A stretch of DNA of 64,000 nucleotides from an uncultured Candidatus Binatia bacterium (GTDB taxonomy: Bacteria > Desulfobacterota > Binatia > UBA9968 > JAJDTQ01), in contig OZ243916.1 of NCBI GenBank assembly GCA_965213675.1, positions 416,001 through 480,000 of the forward strand, in the 5' to 3' direction. The translations under genes and the position numbers were made by a program. Position 1 is the stretch's first letter. Every line of letters starts with the position of its first letter. The notes under the pieces were generated by a model that ran no database searches, was not told where the DNA came from, and saw only the letters and a program-made list of their open reading frames with translations. Below are positions 20,958-29,867 of the stretch, one piece after another.

Positions 20958-21012
20958 CCGGGGCGCGCTGAGCCTGTCCTCGCTTCCAGCTTCTGCAACA
21001 TTGGGGTTTCAC

Positions 21013-21588
21013 TTACCCCAGCGGTATGTCCACGCCGTTGAGGGTCAGCTCCGGCACCACTTCCACGGGCCGCCGCAGCGTGTTGGTGGTGTAACAGGAG
21101 CGTTCCAGCGCCTCGGTGAACTCGACGATGCGCTCCTGACTGTCCGGACTTTGCAGATCGAGCCGATACACGAGCCGGGTGCACGCCGAGGGGACGTCCG
21201 ACAGCCCGAACTTGCCTTTCTGGTCGAACTCGCCGCGCACCGACATCTCCGCGCGCTCAATGCGGATTTCCATGAATGACGCCAACTGCGTCACTTGGCT
21301 GAGCATTCAGAAGCCGATGGACGCGATGAAATATTGCAGCGGGGCCGCGCCCTTGCCGGTGCCGCCGCGCGACTCTGGCTCGTCGCACAGGATGGTGTAA
21401 CCTTCCGACGTCCTGGCTTCCTTCAGGTGGTCGTTGACCAGGCGGATGCGCGCCTCATGCACTGTGACCGCCTTGGACGGATCCTCCCGGTAGACCTTCT
21501 GCCGCCGTTCGAATACGGCCTTGTGGCGCCGGTAGTCGATGGAGCAGCAGCCGGGATCGTCGAATTCCCGTTCTTCGTCAATGGCCAT
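21013..21588 (-). CDS. OsmC/Ohr-like protein, probable selenoprotein (Sec94 at UGA 21307-21309), 191 aa
   Basis: ORFs 21307-21588 and 21013-21306 are contiguous in one frame: DEPESRGGTGKGAAPLQYFIASIGF-UGA-MLSQ...ERSCYTTNTL. The UGA occupies the first conserved OsmC Cys position and a hairpin follows it. Confidence 0.85.
21275..21295 (-). promoter_or_regulatory. Putative bacterial SECIS hairpin
   Basis: On the mRNA: AGUGACGC-AGUUG-GCGUCAUU. The apical loop starts 19 nt after the UGA, with G at loop position 2. Confidence 0.7.
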
Positions 21589-21770
21589 GTTTCCTCCGTT
21601 TCCGTTGGCTGATCCCCGTTTCTTCCCTGGAATGGTTCCCGCATGTCAAGCCGCGGCGGCCACGATTGCTTCGGGCCTTCTAAACAACAGATGGGTTTTC
21701 GATTAGACTTGAGGGCGGGGGCGATGGCCCGGAACGCGCGCCTCACGAAATTTTCGAGTTCAGGGGACCC

Positions 21771-23120
21771 ATGCCACAAGACCTGAGAAGCTATCTGGAG
21801 TTGGTGGAATCCAGGGACGACCTGGTCCGCATCGCGGATCCCGTGGACCCGCGTTACGAAGTGAGCGCACTGGTGGCGAAACTGGCGCGGGTACGGCGCC
21901 GCCGGCCGGTGCTCCTCCTGGAGAACGTCAAGGGCAGCGCGTTCCCGGTGGTGACCAACCTCCATGCCGGCCGCCGGCGCATGGCATTGGCCATGAACAG
22001 CGAACCGCGGGACGTTCAGCGCGCGTTTCTGCGGGCCATGGAGCGCCCGGTGGCGCCCGTGGTGGTGGACAGCGGGCCGGTCAAGGATGTGGTGCATACG
22101 GGCGCCGGCGTGGACCTGCTGGCGCTGCCGCAGATCGTCCATCATGCCGCGGACGCCGGCCCCTACATCACCGCCGCCATCTCCTTCGCCCGGGACCCGG
22201 AGAACGGCGCCTGGAACTGCGCCTACAACCGCCTGATGATCATGGGGAAGGACCGCACGTCCATCCACATTACCGCGTCCAAGCACCTGTGGGAGTTCTA
22301 CCAGAAGGCGGAGGCCCGGGGGGAGGCGCTGCCCGTGGCCTTTGCCGTGGGCGTTCACCCCGCCATCGGTCTGGGCGCCCTGGCCATCGGCTCCATCGAC
22401 GAAGACGAGCGCGCCATCATGGGCGGTGTCCTGGGGGAGCCGCTGGAACTGGTGCGCTGCGAGACCTCGGACCTGCTGGCGCCGGCCCACGCCGAGATGA
22501 TCCTGGAAGGGGAGATTCTTCCCGGTGAGCGCACTCCCGAGGGGCCGTTCAGCGAGTTCACGGGCTACAGCCTTGGGGAGCGCCAGCGCGAGGTGGTGCG
22601 CTACCACGCCGTGACCATGCGCGAAGGAGCGCTGTTCCACGACATCTCCGTGGCCCAGGTGGACCATCTGCTGCTGTCCACCATTCCCATGGAAGCCAAC
22701 CTCTACCGCGCCGTGCGCGCCATGGTTCCCTCTGTGACCGCGGTGCGCGTGCCCGCGCCCTACAGTTGCTACGTCGCCATCGAACAGCGCGTCTCCGGCC
22801 AGGCCAAGAACGCCATCCTGGCGGTGCTGGGCGCAGACATGTACATCAAGCGCGTGGTGGTGGTGGACCACGACGTCAACATCTTCGACGACCGCGAAGT
22901 AGCCTGGGCCCTGGGCACCCGCTGCCAGGCGGACCGCGACATCACGGTGATCTCCAATACCCGCGGCTCCGACCTCGACCCGTCCACCGACTCGGACGGC
23001 CACACCGCCAAGTGGGGCATCGACGCCACCGCCAAGCCCTCCCTGGCCGCGTACACGCCGCGAAACCGCATCCCGCGGGACGTGCTGGAAGGCATCGACC
23101 TGGACAAGCTGGGGCTCTGA
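21771..23120 (+). CDS. UbiD-family (prFMN-dependent) decarboxylase
   Basis: DLRSYL, DAGPYIT, YNR, EGPFSE, VVVVDHDVNI, WALGTR, LDPS, KWGIDAT. Confidence 0.93.
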   Translation: MPQDLRSYLELVESRDDLVRIADPVDPRYEVSALVAKLARVRRRRPVLLLENVKGSAFPVVTNLHAGRRRMALAMNSEPRDVQRAFLRAMERPVAPVVVDSGPVKDVVHTGAGVDLLALPQIVHHAADAGPYITAAISFARDPENGAWNCAYNRLMIMGKDRTSIHITASKHLWEFYQKAEARGEALPVAFAVGVHPAIGLGALAIGSIDEDERAIMGGVLGEPLELVRCETSDLLAPAHAEMILEGEILPGERTPEGPFSEFTGYSLGERQREVVRYHAVTMREGALFHDISVAQVDHLLLSTIPMEANLYRAVRAMVPSVTAVRVPAPYSCYVAIEQRVSGQAKNAILAVLGADMYIKRVVVVDHDVNIFDDREVAWALGTRCQADRDITVISNTRGSDLDPSTDSDGHTAKWGIDATAKPSLAAYTPRNRIPRDVLEGIDLDKLGL

Positions 23121-23249
23121 AAGCCCGCCCCGCAAGTACCGTGACCGGCTGTGGTGGGACGATGTCGGGACGATGCCCCGTCGGGGCTGTTGCGGGCGAC
23201 CGCTTGGCCAGCCTGCTTCCCGGGGACACGCCGTTTGCCGACTGCGTTG

Positions 23250-24077
23250 GCTGCGTCTGAAGATTTTCCTTCGCACGGATCAGGCCGACGAAAACCGCAT
23301 CGCCGACTTCCCGGACGCATCCAAGGTGCTGTCTTCCTCGGCGGAACTGGGTTGGCCCGCGCGCGAACTCTACGGCCTGTTGTGGCAGTGCCTGATCAAC
23401 GGGGCGACCGGGGACCAGTTTCGGGCCTTCCTCGCCCAGGAGGGCTGGCCTTCCGCGGAAATTGCAGGCCAAACGCTGTATCACGTTCCACGTCGACTTG
23501 TTTCCGCCGACGACGCTCAGCGCCGGAAATTTTACGAGATCTCCGGACCGTGGACGGGCCGGAACGCAAAGCGCGGCTTTCCCTACACATGGATTCCCAA
23601 CCACTTGGGAGATACAAGAGGCCAGGTAAGTCCACGGTCGTTTCTTGTCGCCTTGCGTGAAGCCGCTCGGGACACGGCGGAGCGCCACCCGGAGCATGAC
23701 CACGCGCTGCACTTCGAGAGCATCAAGCACGGCGTGCAGAAGGTGTCCAGCATACGGGTTGCCGAAATCAGGGAGGACTATCCATGGATGCCCGCGTACT
23801 CGCCCCGCTCGTAGGCATGATGGTTCCATGTGGATTCGAGGCAATTGTCGAGCGCTGGAACCGGGAGAGGAGTCTGAAACTCCTGATTGAGGATTCCCAA
23901 CAGGATGAGATCAAGCTTCCGCCTCGTCACGCCGACCATGGGGCGGACGGAGTTCTCCAGGACCTCGAATCGCTGGGCGTGTTCCAGCCCCTGTACGACG
24001 GGCGCGTGAATATCCCCGACGTGTTCCGGGTTGGCCATGGCCTGGGCCGCAAGGGCGGCGTGAAACCGGCCCAATGA
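23250..24077 (+). pseudogene. Truncated, frameshifted C-terminal remnant of a P-loop ATPase-type protein
   Basis: Reads LKIFLRTDQ...NHLGDTRGQVSPRSFL...EIREDYPW, shifts frame near 23790, then VLAPLVGMMVPC...RVNIPDVFRVGHGLGRKGGVKP. No N-terminus or Walker A; lower GC. Family recalled, not searched. Confidence 0.55.
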
Positions 24078-24103
24078 CCAGGACGCCTCCTCCTGGGCGG
24101 CGT

Positions 24104-24367
24104 TCAGGCGCGGGAACCCCGGCCCATCAAGTGCTCGAACCGAGGCATCCAGGACTGTTCCCGAAACTCTTCGTCGAACACGTCCGCGAACTTCACGGGC
24201 TCCGTCATGTACGGCGGACCCTGGGCTCTCTGAAACAGCGTCAGCGGAATGATGGGTGACAACTTCGCGCAGCCGGCCCGCCGTTCCTCGTCCCAGAGAT
24301 CCATGCAGGACTTCAACAACTGGAGCCGCACCCACGGATCCGGGTGGGAATTCCGGTCTTCTCGCAT
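24104..24367 (-). pseudogene. Rpn/YhgA-like (Transposase_31) nuclease fragment
   Basis: SHPDPWVRLQLLK..DLWD...LSPIIPLTLFQ...FADVF...WMPRFEHL resembles the Rpn core after the EHQS motif. Only 87 codons. Confidence 0.55.
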
Positions 24368-24556
24368 TACATTCTGGTACTGTGGGAGCTCGTCGGACTA
24401 ATCAAGAATCTGCTGCGAGGCATGGAGTTGGGTCCATTTCCGGTTGGATTTTCGTCCAATATTACCAATATTTTCCTCAAATCCGCCCGAAACTGGCCTC
24501 CAGTTCTCGGCCTCTCGCTACGATTCGATAAATCCGACAGGCTCCCAGCGATCATC

Positions 24557-25972
24557 ATGGACCATCCTGAACCGGTCGAGCCGACTCGAAACTTCGTCTG
24601 TCTGCTGGAGGACACGGCCGCGCGCTTCCCGGAGAAGGCCGCGCTGGTCTGTCCCGAAGAGACGCTCACTTACAGAGTGCTGCACGAACGCGCCGCGGGC
24701 TTTGCGCGGGAACTCGCGGGCCGGGGGGTTCGGCCCGGCGACCGGGTGGCGCTGGTGTTGCCCAATCACTGGAGCTACGCGGCCGCGCTGCTGGGCGCCT
24801 GGAAGCTGGGCGCCACCGCGGCACCGTTGAGTCCGTTGCTGAAATCCGGGGAGCGGGACGCGATCCTGGCGGACGTGGAACCGGCCGAGGTGGTGGAGCG
24901 TGTGGAGGCGCGGGCGGGCGCGTGGGACACCGCGACGGAAACGGCCGCGCCAAGCCACTTCGGCTACAGCTCGGGCAGCACCGGCCGGCCCAAGGGCGCG
25001 GTCTTCAGCCACGGGGCGCTGGCCTTCGCCAACCACTCCTGGGCGGATATGATGGCGCTGGCGCCGGAAGACGTGGTGCTGTCGGTGCTGCCACTGCCCC
25101 ATTCCTTCGGCCTGAACGGCTCTCTGCTGGCGCCGCTGCTCAGAGGCGCCACGGTGGTGCTGCCCGGCGGTTTCGCCCCGGCCGCGGTGCTTGCCGCCAT
25201 GCAGGAACACCGCGTCACGCTGTTCCTGGGGGTGGCCACGATGTTCCGGCGGCTCCTGAGCGCTTCGGATTTCGCGGACGCGGACCTGTCTTCGCTGCGT
25301 CTCTCGGTGTCGGGCGCGGCGCCGTGTCCCTGGGACCTGGCTTCGGAATGGCGCCGCCGGGCCGGCCACCGCATCCTCCGAGGCTACGGCATGACCGAGT
25401 TGTTCCGGCCCATCTCGTACTTGGCGTCGGAGACGGAGGATCGCCCGGAGTGCATCGGTCGGGCGGTTCCGGGCGTGGACATCCGGGTGGTTGCGGACAC
25501 GGAAACAGGAACCGGGGGCGGCGACACGGGGGAACTGTGGATCAGGACCCCGGCCGCCATGCAGGGCTACTGGAACGACCCGGCGCCGGCGCTGGAGGAT
25601 GGCTGGTTCCGCACCGGGGATCTTGCCCGGATCTCCGCCGGCGGGTACGTGGAAATCACCGGACGCATCCGGGAACGCATCCTCCGGGGCGGATATTCGG
25701 TCTTTCCCCAGGAAGTCGAGGCGGTGCTGGTCGCGCACCCGGACGTTGCCGAGGCCGCGGTGGTGGGGGTGCCGCACCCGGAACTGGGCGAAGAGGTGGC
25801 GGCGTTCGTGGTGGTGAAACCGGGCGCCAAGCCGGGAACGGACGCCCTGGCGGCCTACTGTGCGGACCGGCTGGCCCGCTTCAAGTATCCGCGGCACATC
25901 CGTTTCGTGCCCGAGTTGCCCAAGGGGGCGACCGGAAAGGTATTGAAGGCGGAATTGCGAAGCGGCTGGTGA
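24557..25972 (+). CDS. AMP-dependent acyl-CoA synthetase/ligase
   Basis: YSSGSTGRPKG, GYGMTE, GWFRTGDL, GYSVFPQEVE, LPKGATGK. Confidence 0.92.
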   Translation: MDHPEPVEPTRNFVCLLEDTAARFPEKAALVCPEETLTYRVLHERAAGFARELAGRGVRPGDRVALVLPNHWSYAAALLGAWKLGATAAPLSPLLKSGERDAILADVEPAEVVERVEARAGAWDTATETAAPSHFGYSSGSTGRPKGAVFSHGALAFANHSWADMMALAPEDVVLSVLPLPHSFGLNGSLLAPLLRGATVVLPGGFAPAAVLAAMQEHRVTLFLGVATMFRRLLSASDFADADLSSLRLSVSGAAPCPWDLASEWRRRAGHRILRGYGMTELFRPISYLASETEDRPECIGRAVPGVDIRVVADTETGTGGGDTGELWIRTPAAMQGYWNDPAPALEDGWFRTGDLARISAGGYVEITGRIRERILRGGYSVFPQEVEAVLVAHPDVAEAAVVGVPHPELGEEVAAFVVVKPGAKPGTDALAAYCADRLARFKYPRHIRFVPELPKGATGKVLKAELRSGW

Positions 25973-25983
25973 GGGGAAGAAAA

Positions 25984-26012
25984 GGGGAGGGGAGCCGCGG
26001 GTTCCCCTCCCC
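25984..26012. terminator. Hairpin between convergent genes
   Basis: GGGGAGGGGAGCC-GCG-GGTTCCCCTCCCC. Confidence 0.65.
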
Positions 26013-26024
26013 GTCATCCTGCGA

Positions 26025-27074
26025 CTACTTCTTCGCTTGACTGACCAGGAAGGACAGGCTCTCCTTGACCTCTGGCGGCATGTTGATGATCCCGTCCACG
26101 AGTTTCTCTACCTCCGGACCCGGCACATAGGTGAACACGAGTTTCGCCTTCTTGGCTTCAGCCAGCAGTTGGGGGTCCTTCACGGTTTTCTCGTAGGCTT
26201 TCCGCAGGATTTCCACGCGGTCTTTGGGCGTGCCCGGCGGCAGCGCCAGCATCCTCTGGAACGCCATCTGGAACGCCCATGAGTTGTAGAGCTTGAGACC
26301 TTCCTCGTTCAGCACGTCCTTGAACAGCGGAATGTTCTGGATCTCCGGATCCGGATAGCTGTGGCTGTGGATGACGAAGGGAACCAGTTTCTGGTCGCCC
26401 TCGGCGTCCAGCATGCTTCGGGCGGTCACCCTCATGGACTCCCACTGGGAGCAGAAGCCGTCCACCTCTCGTCCTTCCAGCGCCAGCCGTATGGTGGCCG
26501 TGCCCCGGTACCCGGTGATGATCTTCAAGTTGGTGCCCAAGGCCTTGTTGAGAATCGCCGGGATGTCGTGGCCGGTGGAGCCGGCCCGGGTGGCGCCGAT
26601 TTTGATGGGCTCCTTGGAGTTGACGACGTCTTTCCACGTGGTCTTGCCGGTGAAAGCCATCATCATGCACACGATCTCGCCCCGGCTGGGGGCGCCGACC
26701 CATTCCAGCTTGTCGAAGGGCACCGCGCCGGCCTTCTTGTCGCCCAGTGCCGACTGCACGATGAGCGAGTTGTTGAACACCGCGCCGCTGAGCCCGTCGG
26801 GTTTGGCGCGCCGGCCGATGTAGTTGGCGGAGATGAGGCTGCCGGCGCCGGTCATGTTCTGAACCAGCGTGGTGGGGTTGCCGGGGACGTACTTGCCGAA
26901 GTAGCGGGCGATCAGCCGGGTGTAGGTGTCGTAGCCGCCTCCGGGAGAGAAGCCCACGATGAAGCGGAATGTCTTGCCCTTGTAGAAGTCTTCGGCGCGT
27001 CCCTCGGGCGCCGCGAACAGGGCCGCGCCCCCGATGATGGCCGCGGCCAGAAAGGATAGACCTTTGCGTGTCAT
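26025..27074 (-). CDS. tctC: Orphan TctC/Bug substrate-binding protein
   Basis: Signal peptide; FYKGKT..VGFSPGGGYD..R; NMTGAGS; KPDG; PPGTPKDRV. Confidence 0.92.
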   Translation of the reverse strand: MTRKGLSFLAAAIIGGAALFAAPEGRAEDFYKGKTFRFIVGFSPGGGYDTYTRLIARYFGKYVPGNPTTLVQNMTGAGSLISANYIGRRAKPDGLSGAVFNNSLIVQSALGDKKAGAVPFDKLEWVGAPSRGEIVCMMMAFTGKTTWKDVVNSKEPIKIGATRAGSTGHDIPAILNKALGTNLKIITGYRGTATIRLALEGREVDGFCSQWESMRVTARSMLDAEGDQKLVPFVIHSHSYPDPEIQNIPLFKDVLNEEGLKLYNSWAFQMAFQRMLALPPGTPKDRVEILRKAYEKTVKDPQLLAEAKKAKLVFTYVPGPEVEKLVDGIINMPPEVKESLSFLVSQAKK

Positions 27075-27232
27075 GGATGTCCCTCCGTTTCGGTTTTGCC
27101 GGCGTTGCCGGCGCCAAGCCCCCTTGGCTACAGAAGTGGGCCTGTCATGTCAAGGCGCGCGGTCAGCGCATTGAGAAATGCGCCGGCCGGTGTTATGGGA
27201 TGACGGTAGACAAACCAGGGAGGTACTTGTTT

Positions 27233-27466
27233 ATGGCAGATTCCATCGTTCTGTTCACTCAGCCCGGTTGACCGCCTTGTCATCGAGAGAAGGAGTATCT
27301 TTCTCAAAAAGGCGTTGATTTCGTGGAGAAGAATATTCGTGAGGACCAGGACGCCCTGAAGGACCTGCTGGCCCGGGGCTTCCAGAGTACGCCGGTGGTC
27401 ATCATCGACGGGGAGGCGGTGGTCGGTTTCGATCAGGATCGGATCGACACGCTTCTCGGGCTCTGA
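27233..27466 (+). CDS. Glutaredoxin/NrdH-like redoxin, probable selenoprotein (UPPC; Sec13 at UGA 27269-27271), 77 aa
   Basis: With read-through: MADSIVLFTQPG-U-PPCHREKEYLSQKGVDFVEKNIREDQDALKDLLARGFQSTPVVIIDGEAVVGFDQDRIDTLLGL*. GGGAGG RBS, cis-Pro STP motif and VGFD motif present. Confidence 0.9.
27273..27314 (+). promoter_or_regulatory. Putative bacterial SECIS hairpin
   Basis: Lower stem CGCCTT/AAGGCG; upper stem GAGAAGGA/TCTTTCTC with (A)GUA(U) loop about 22 nt after the UGA. Confidence 0.72.
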
Positions 27467-27586
27467 TCCGAAGACCGTGCCCGGGGTTTCCGAACCACGG
27501 TGGCGGGCGGCGCGGCGTGCGCCGGATGGCTTGTTCGGTTGGTCGAATCGTGGCGCGTCGCAGGGACACGGGAAACGCACCTGCGG

Positions 27587-27649
27587 TCGCGCCTTGCCGA
27601 CAACGAAAAAAACCTGCGCAACTTGTCGCAGGAATTTACGGGACACGAC
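27587..27649. repeat. MITE remnant, same family as 8692-8850 and 33434-33465
   Basis: 27587-27601 is the exact reverse complement of 8741-8755. 27618-27649 is 29/32 identical to 33434-33465. Confidence 0.75.
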
Positions 27650-29867
27650 CCTTGGCCTTGAGCGCCTTGACGATCTTTTCCGGTGTGAGCGGAAGGTCGT
27701 GGATGCGCACGCCCACGGCGTCGAACACGGCGTTGGCCATGACCGCGGGTGGCGGAATGATGGGCGGTTCGCCCACCCCTTTGGCGCCCAGTGGCCCAGA
27801 CGCGCAGGGGTGCTGGATGAGGCGCACATCCACTGCGGGGGCGTCCAGCGCGCTGAATATCTTGTAGTCCAGCAGGTTGGGATTATCCATTTTCCCGCGG
27901 GTGAAGGTGCATGCTTCGCTGAGAGCCTGCCCCAGCCCTTGCAGGACCCCGCCTTCGATCTGACCGCGCACCGACAGCGGATTGACCGCGGTGCCCACAT
28001 CCTGCGCCGCCACGTAGCGCAGGATGCGTACGTGGCCCGTCTCCGGGTCCACCTCCACCTCGGCCGCGTGGGCCGCCATGGCGGGGTGCGGGGTGAGCTG
28101 CGACACGGACTGTGCGCTCACGATGGGGCCGCGCGCGTGCTCCAGGGCCATCTGACCCACCTCCCGCAGCGTCACGGAGCGCTCCGGGCTACCCTTGACG
28201 AATACCTTGTTGCCGTCGAGTTCCAGGTCGCCGGCGTCGGCTTCGAGCCGATCCGCGGCCACCTGCTGAATCTGCCGCTTTGCCTCCCGGGCCGCCTGCA
28301 GCACCGCGCTGCCCATGCTCTTGAGCGCCTGACTGCCCGCGCTGAGGGTGGAATGGGGCGCGAAGTCGGTGTCCGCGGTGCGCACATGCACGTCGTCCAG
28401 GGACACGCCCAGCACTTCCGCCGCGATCTGGGCCAGTGAGGTGCTCGCCCCGCTCAGGTCCACCAACCCGGTGAGGATGGCGACGGTGCCGTCCTCGTTG
28501 AGCTTCACGCCGGCGCTGGAGGCCATGCCGCCCACGAGCCAGTGGGCCATGGCCACGCCGCGTCCGATGTGCTTCCGCCGCGGTTTCGGGGCCGCGTTCA
28601 GGGCCTCCGCCGCCGTGAGCAGCGTTTCCCTGGCGTGCACGTCCTCGAGCCGGACGCCGGCAGGGGTCTCGTCGCCGTCCACCATGGCGTTCCGCAGCCG
28701 CATCTCCACGGGGTCGACGTCCAGCTCCCGGGCGATGATGTCCATCTGCGACTCCGAAGCGAAGGCGAGCTGCGGCCCGGCCGGCCCGCGGTAGGCGCCG
28801 CACGTCGGCGTGTTGGTGTAGACGCAATAGCTGTCGATCCTGAGGTTGGGGATGCGGTAGGGGCCTGGCGCGCGCACCGCCGCGCCCTGGCTGATCATGA
28901 CGCCCGAGCCGGAGGAGAAACCGGTCCCCAGCACCACTTCGATTTCCCGCGCCGTGATGGCGCCGTCGTTCCTGACGCCGGTCTTGTAGCGGAGGTGAAA
29001 CGGATGCCGCGGGTTGGTGGTCTGGAAGTCCTCGCTCCGGCTCATGACGATGCGCACCGGGCGCCGCGCCTTGCGCGCCAGGGCCACCGCCGCGGGCTCC
29101 ACCGTGGGCGACAGCTTGCCGCCGAAGCCGCCGCCGATCTCGGTGGGGATCACCCGTACCTTGGTCATGGGCATGCGCAGGATCTGCGCGATGGCGGCGC
29201 GCAGCGGGAACTGCGCCTGGGTGGGCGCCCACACGGTGGCCTTGCCCGAAGCGTCGAAGCGCGCCAACGCGGTGTGCGGCTCGATGTAGGTCTGATGCAC
29301 CATGGGGGCGTGGAAGCGGTGCTCGAAGATCCGGTGGGCTTCGGCGAAACCACGCTCCACGTCGCCGCGCACGATCCGCTTGTGGCCGCAGACGTTGCCA
29401 CGGCGGTCCAGGTCCGGCTGCGACCAGTATTCGGCGTAGTCCTCGTGCAGCAGCGGCGCGTCCGGCGCCATGGCCTCCAGTCCGGAGGTCACCGAGGGCA
29501 GCACCTCGTAGTCCACCTCGATGAGCCGTGCCGCCTCCTCCGCGGTCTCCTCGTCCATCGCCGCCACCGCGGCGATGCGGTCGCCGGCGTAGCGCACCTT
29601 GGTGGTGGCGAAGTAGGCTTCATCGCGGACGAAGCGGCCGCAGCGGATGTCCGGCAAATCGGCCGCGGTGACCACCGCCCGGACGCCGGGCAACCGCTCG
29701 GCGCCCTCGGTGCGGATGGCGGTGATGCGGGCGTGGGCATGCGGGCTCAACACCATCTTGCCGCACAGCACCCGGCCGCCGGGTGAGACGTCGGCGCCGA
29801 ACACCGACTGTCCGGTGACCTTCTCCATGATCTCGACCCTGGGAAGCTCCTGACCGACGACTCTCAT
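27636..29867 (-). CDS. Xanthine dehydrogenase/CoxL-family molybdopterin-binding subunit
   Basis: EKVTG, SPHAHAR, GGGFGGK, GAYRGPAG, EVEVDPETG, GQIEGG, GAKGVGE. Confidence 0.95.
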   Translation of the reverse strand: MRVVGQELPRVEIMEKVTGQSVFGADVSPGGRVLCGKMVLSPHAHARITAIRTEGAERLPGVRAVVTAADLPDIRCGRFVRDEAYFATTKVRYAGDRIAAVAAMDEETAEEAARLIEVDYEVLPSVTSGLEAMAPDAPLLHEDYAEYWSQPDLDRRGNVCGHKRIVRGDVERGFAEAHRIFEHRFHAPMVHQTYIEPHTALARFDASGKATVWAPTQAQFPLRAAIAQILRMPMTKVRVIPTEIGGGFGGKLSPTVEPAAVALARKARRPVRIVMSRSEDFQTTNPRHPFHLRYKTGVRNDGAITAREIEVVLGTGFSSGSGVMISQGAAVRAPGPYRIPNLRIDSYCVYTNTPTCGAYRGPAGPQLAFASESQMDIIARELDVDPVEMRLRNAMVDGDETPAGVRLEDVHARETLLTAAEALNAAPKPRRKHIGRGVAMAHWLVGGMASSAGVKLNEDGTVAILTGLVDLSGASTSLAQIAAEVLGVSLDDVHVRTADTDFAPHSTLSAGSQALKSMGSAVLQAAREAKRQIQQVAADRLEADAGDLELDGNKVFVKGSPERSVTLREVGQMALEHARGPIVSAQSVSQLTPHPAMAAHAAEVEVDPETGHVRILRYVAAQDVGTAVNPLSVRGQIEGGVLQGLGQALSEACTFTRGKMDNPNLLDYKIFSALDAPAVDVRLIQHPCASGPLGAKGVGEPPIIPPPAVMANAVFDAVGVRIHDLPLTPEKIVKALKAKGRVP

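Noticed and set aside
21013-27466. UGA as Trp/Gly recoding (genetic code 4 or 25), or both genes as pseudogenes
   Set aside because: Many neighbouring genes end normally at TGA. The two internal UGAs align to catalytic Cys positions and have downstream hairpins, so Sec fits better, though it is unproven.
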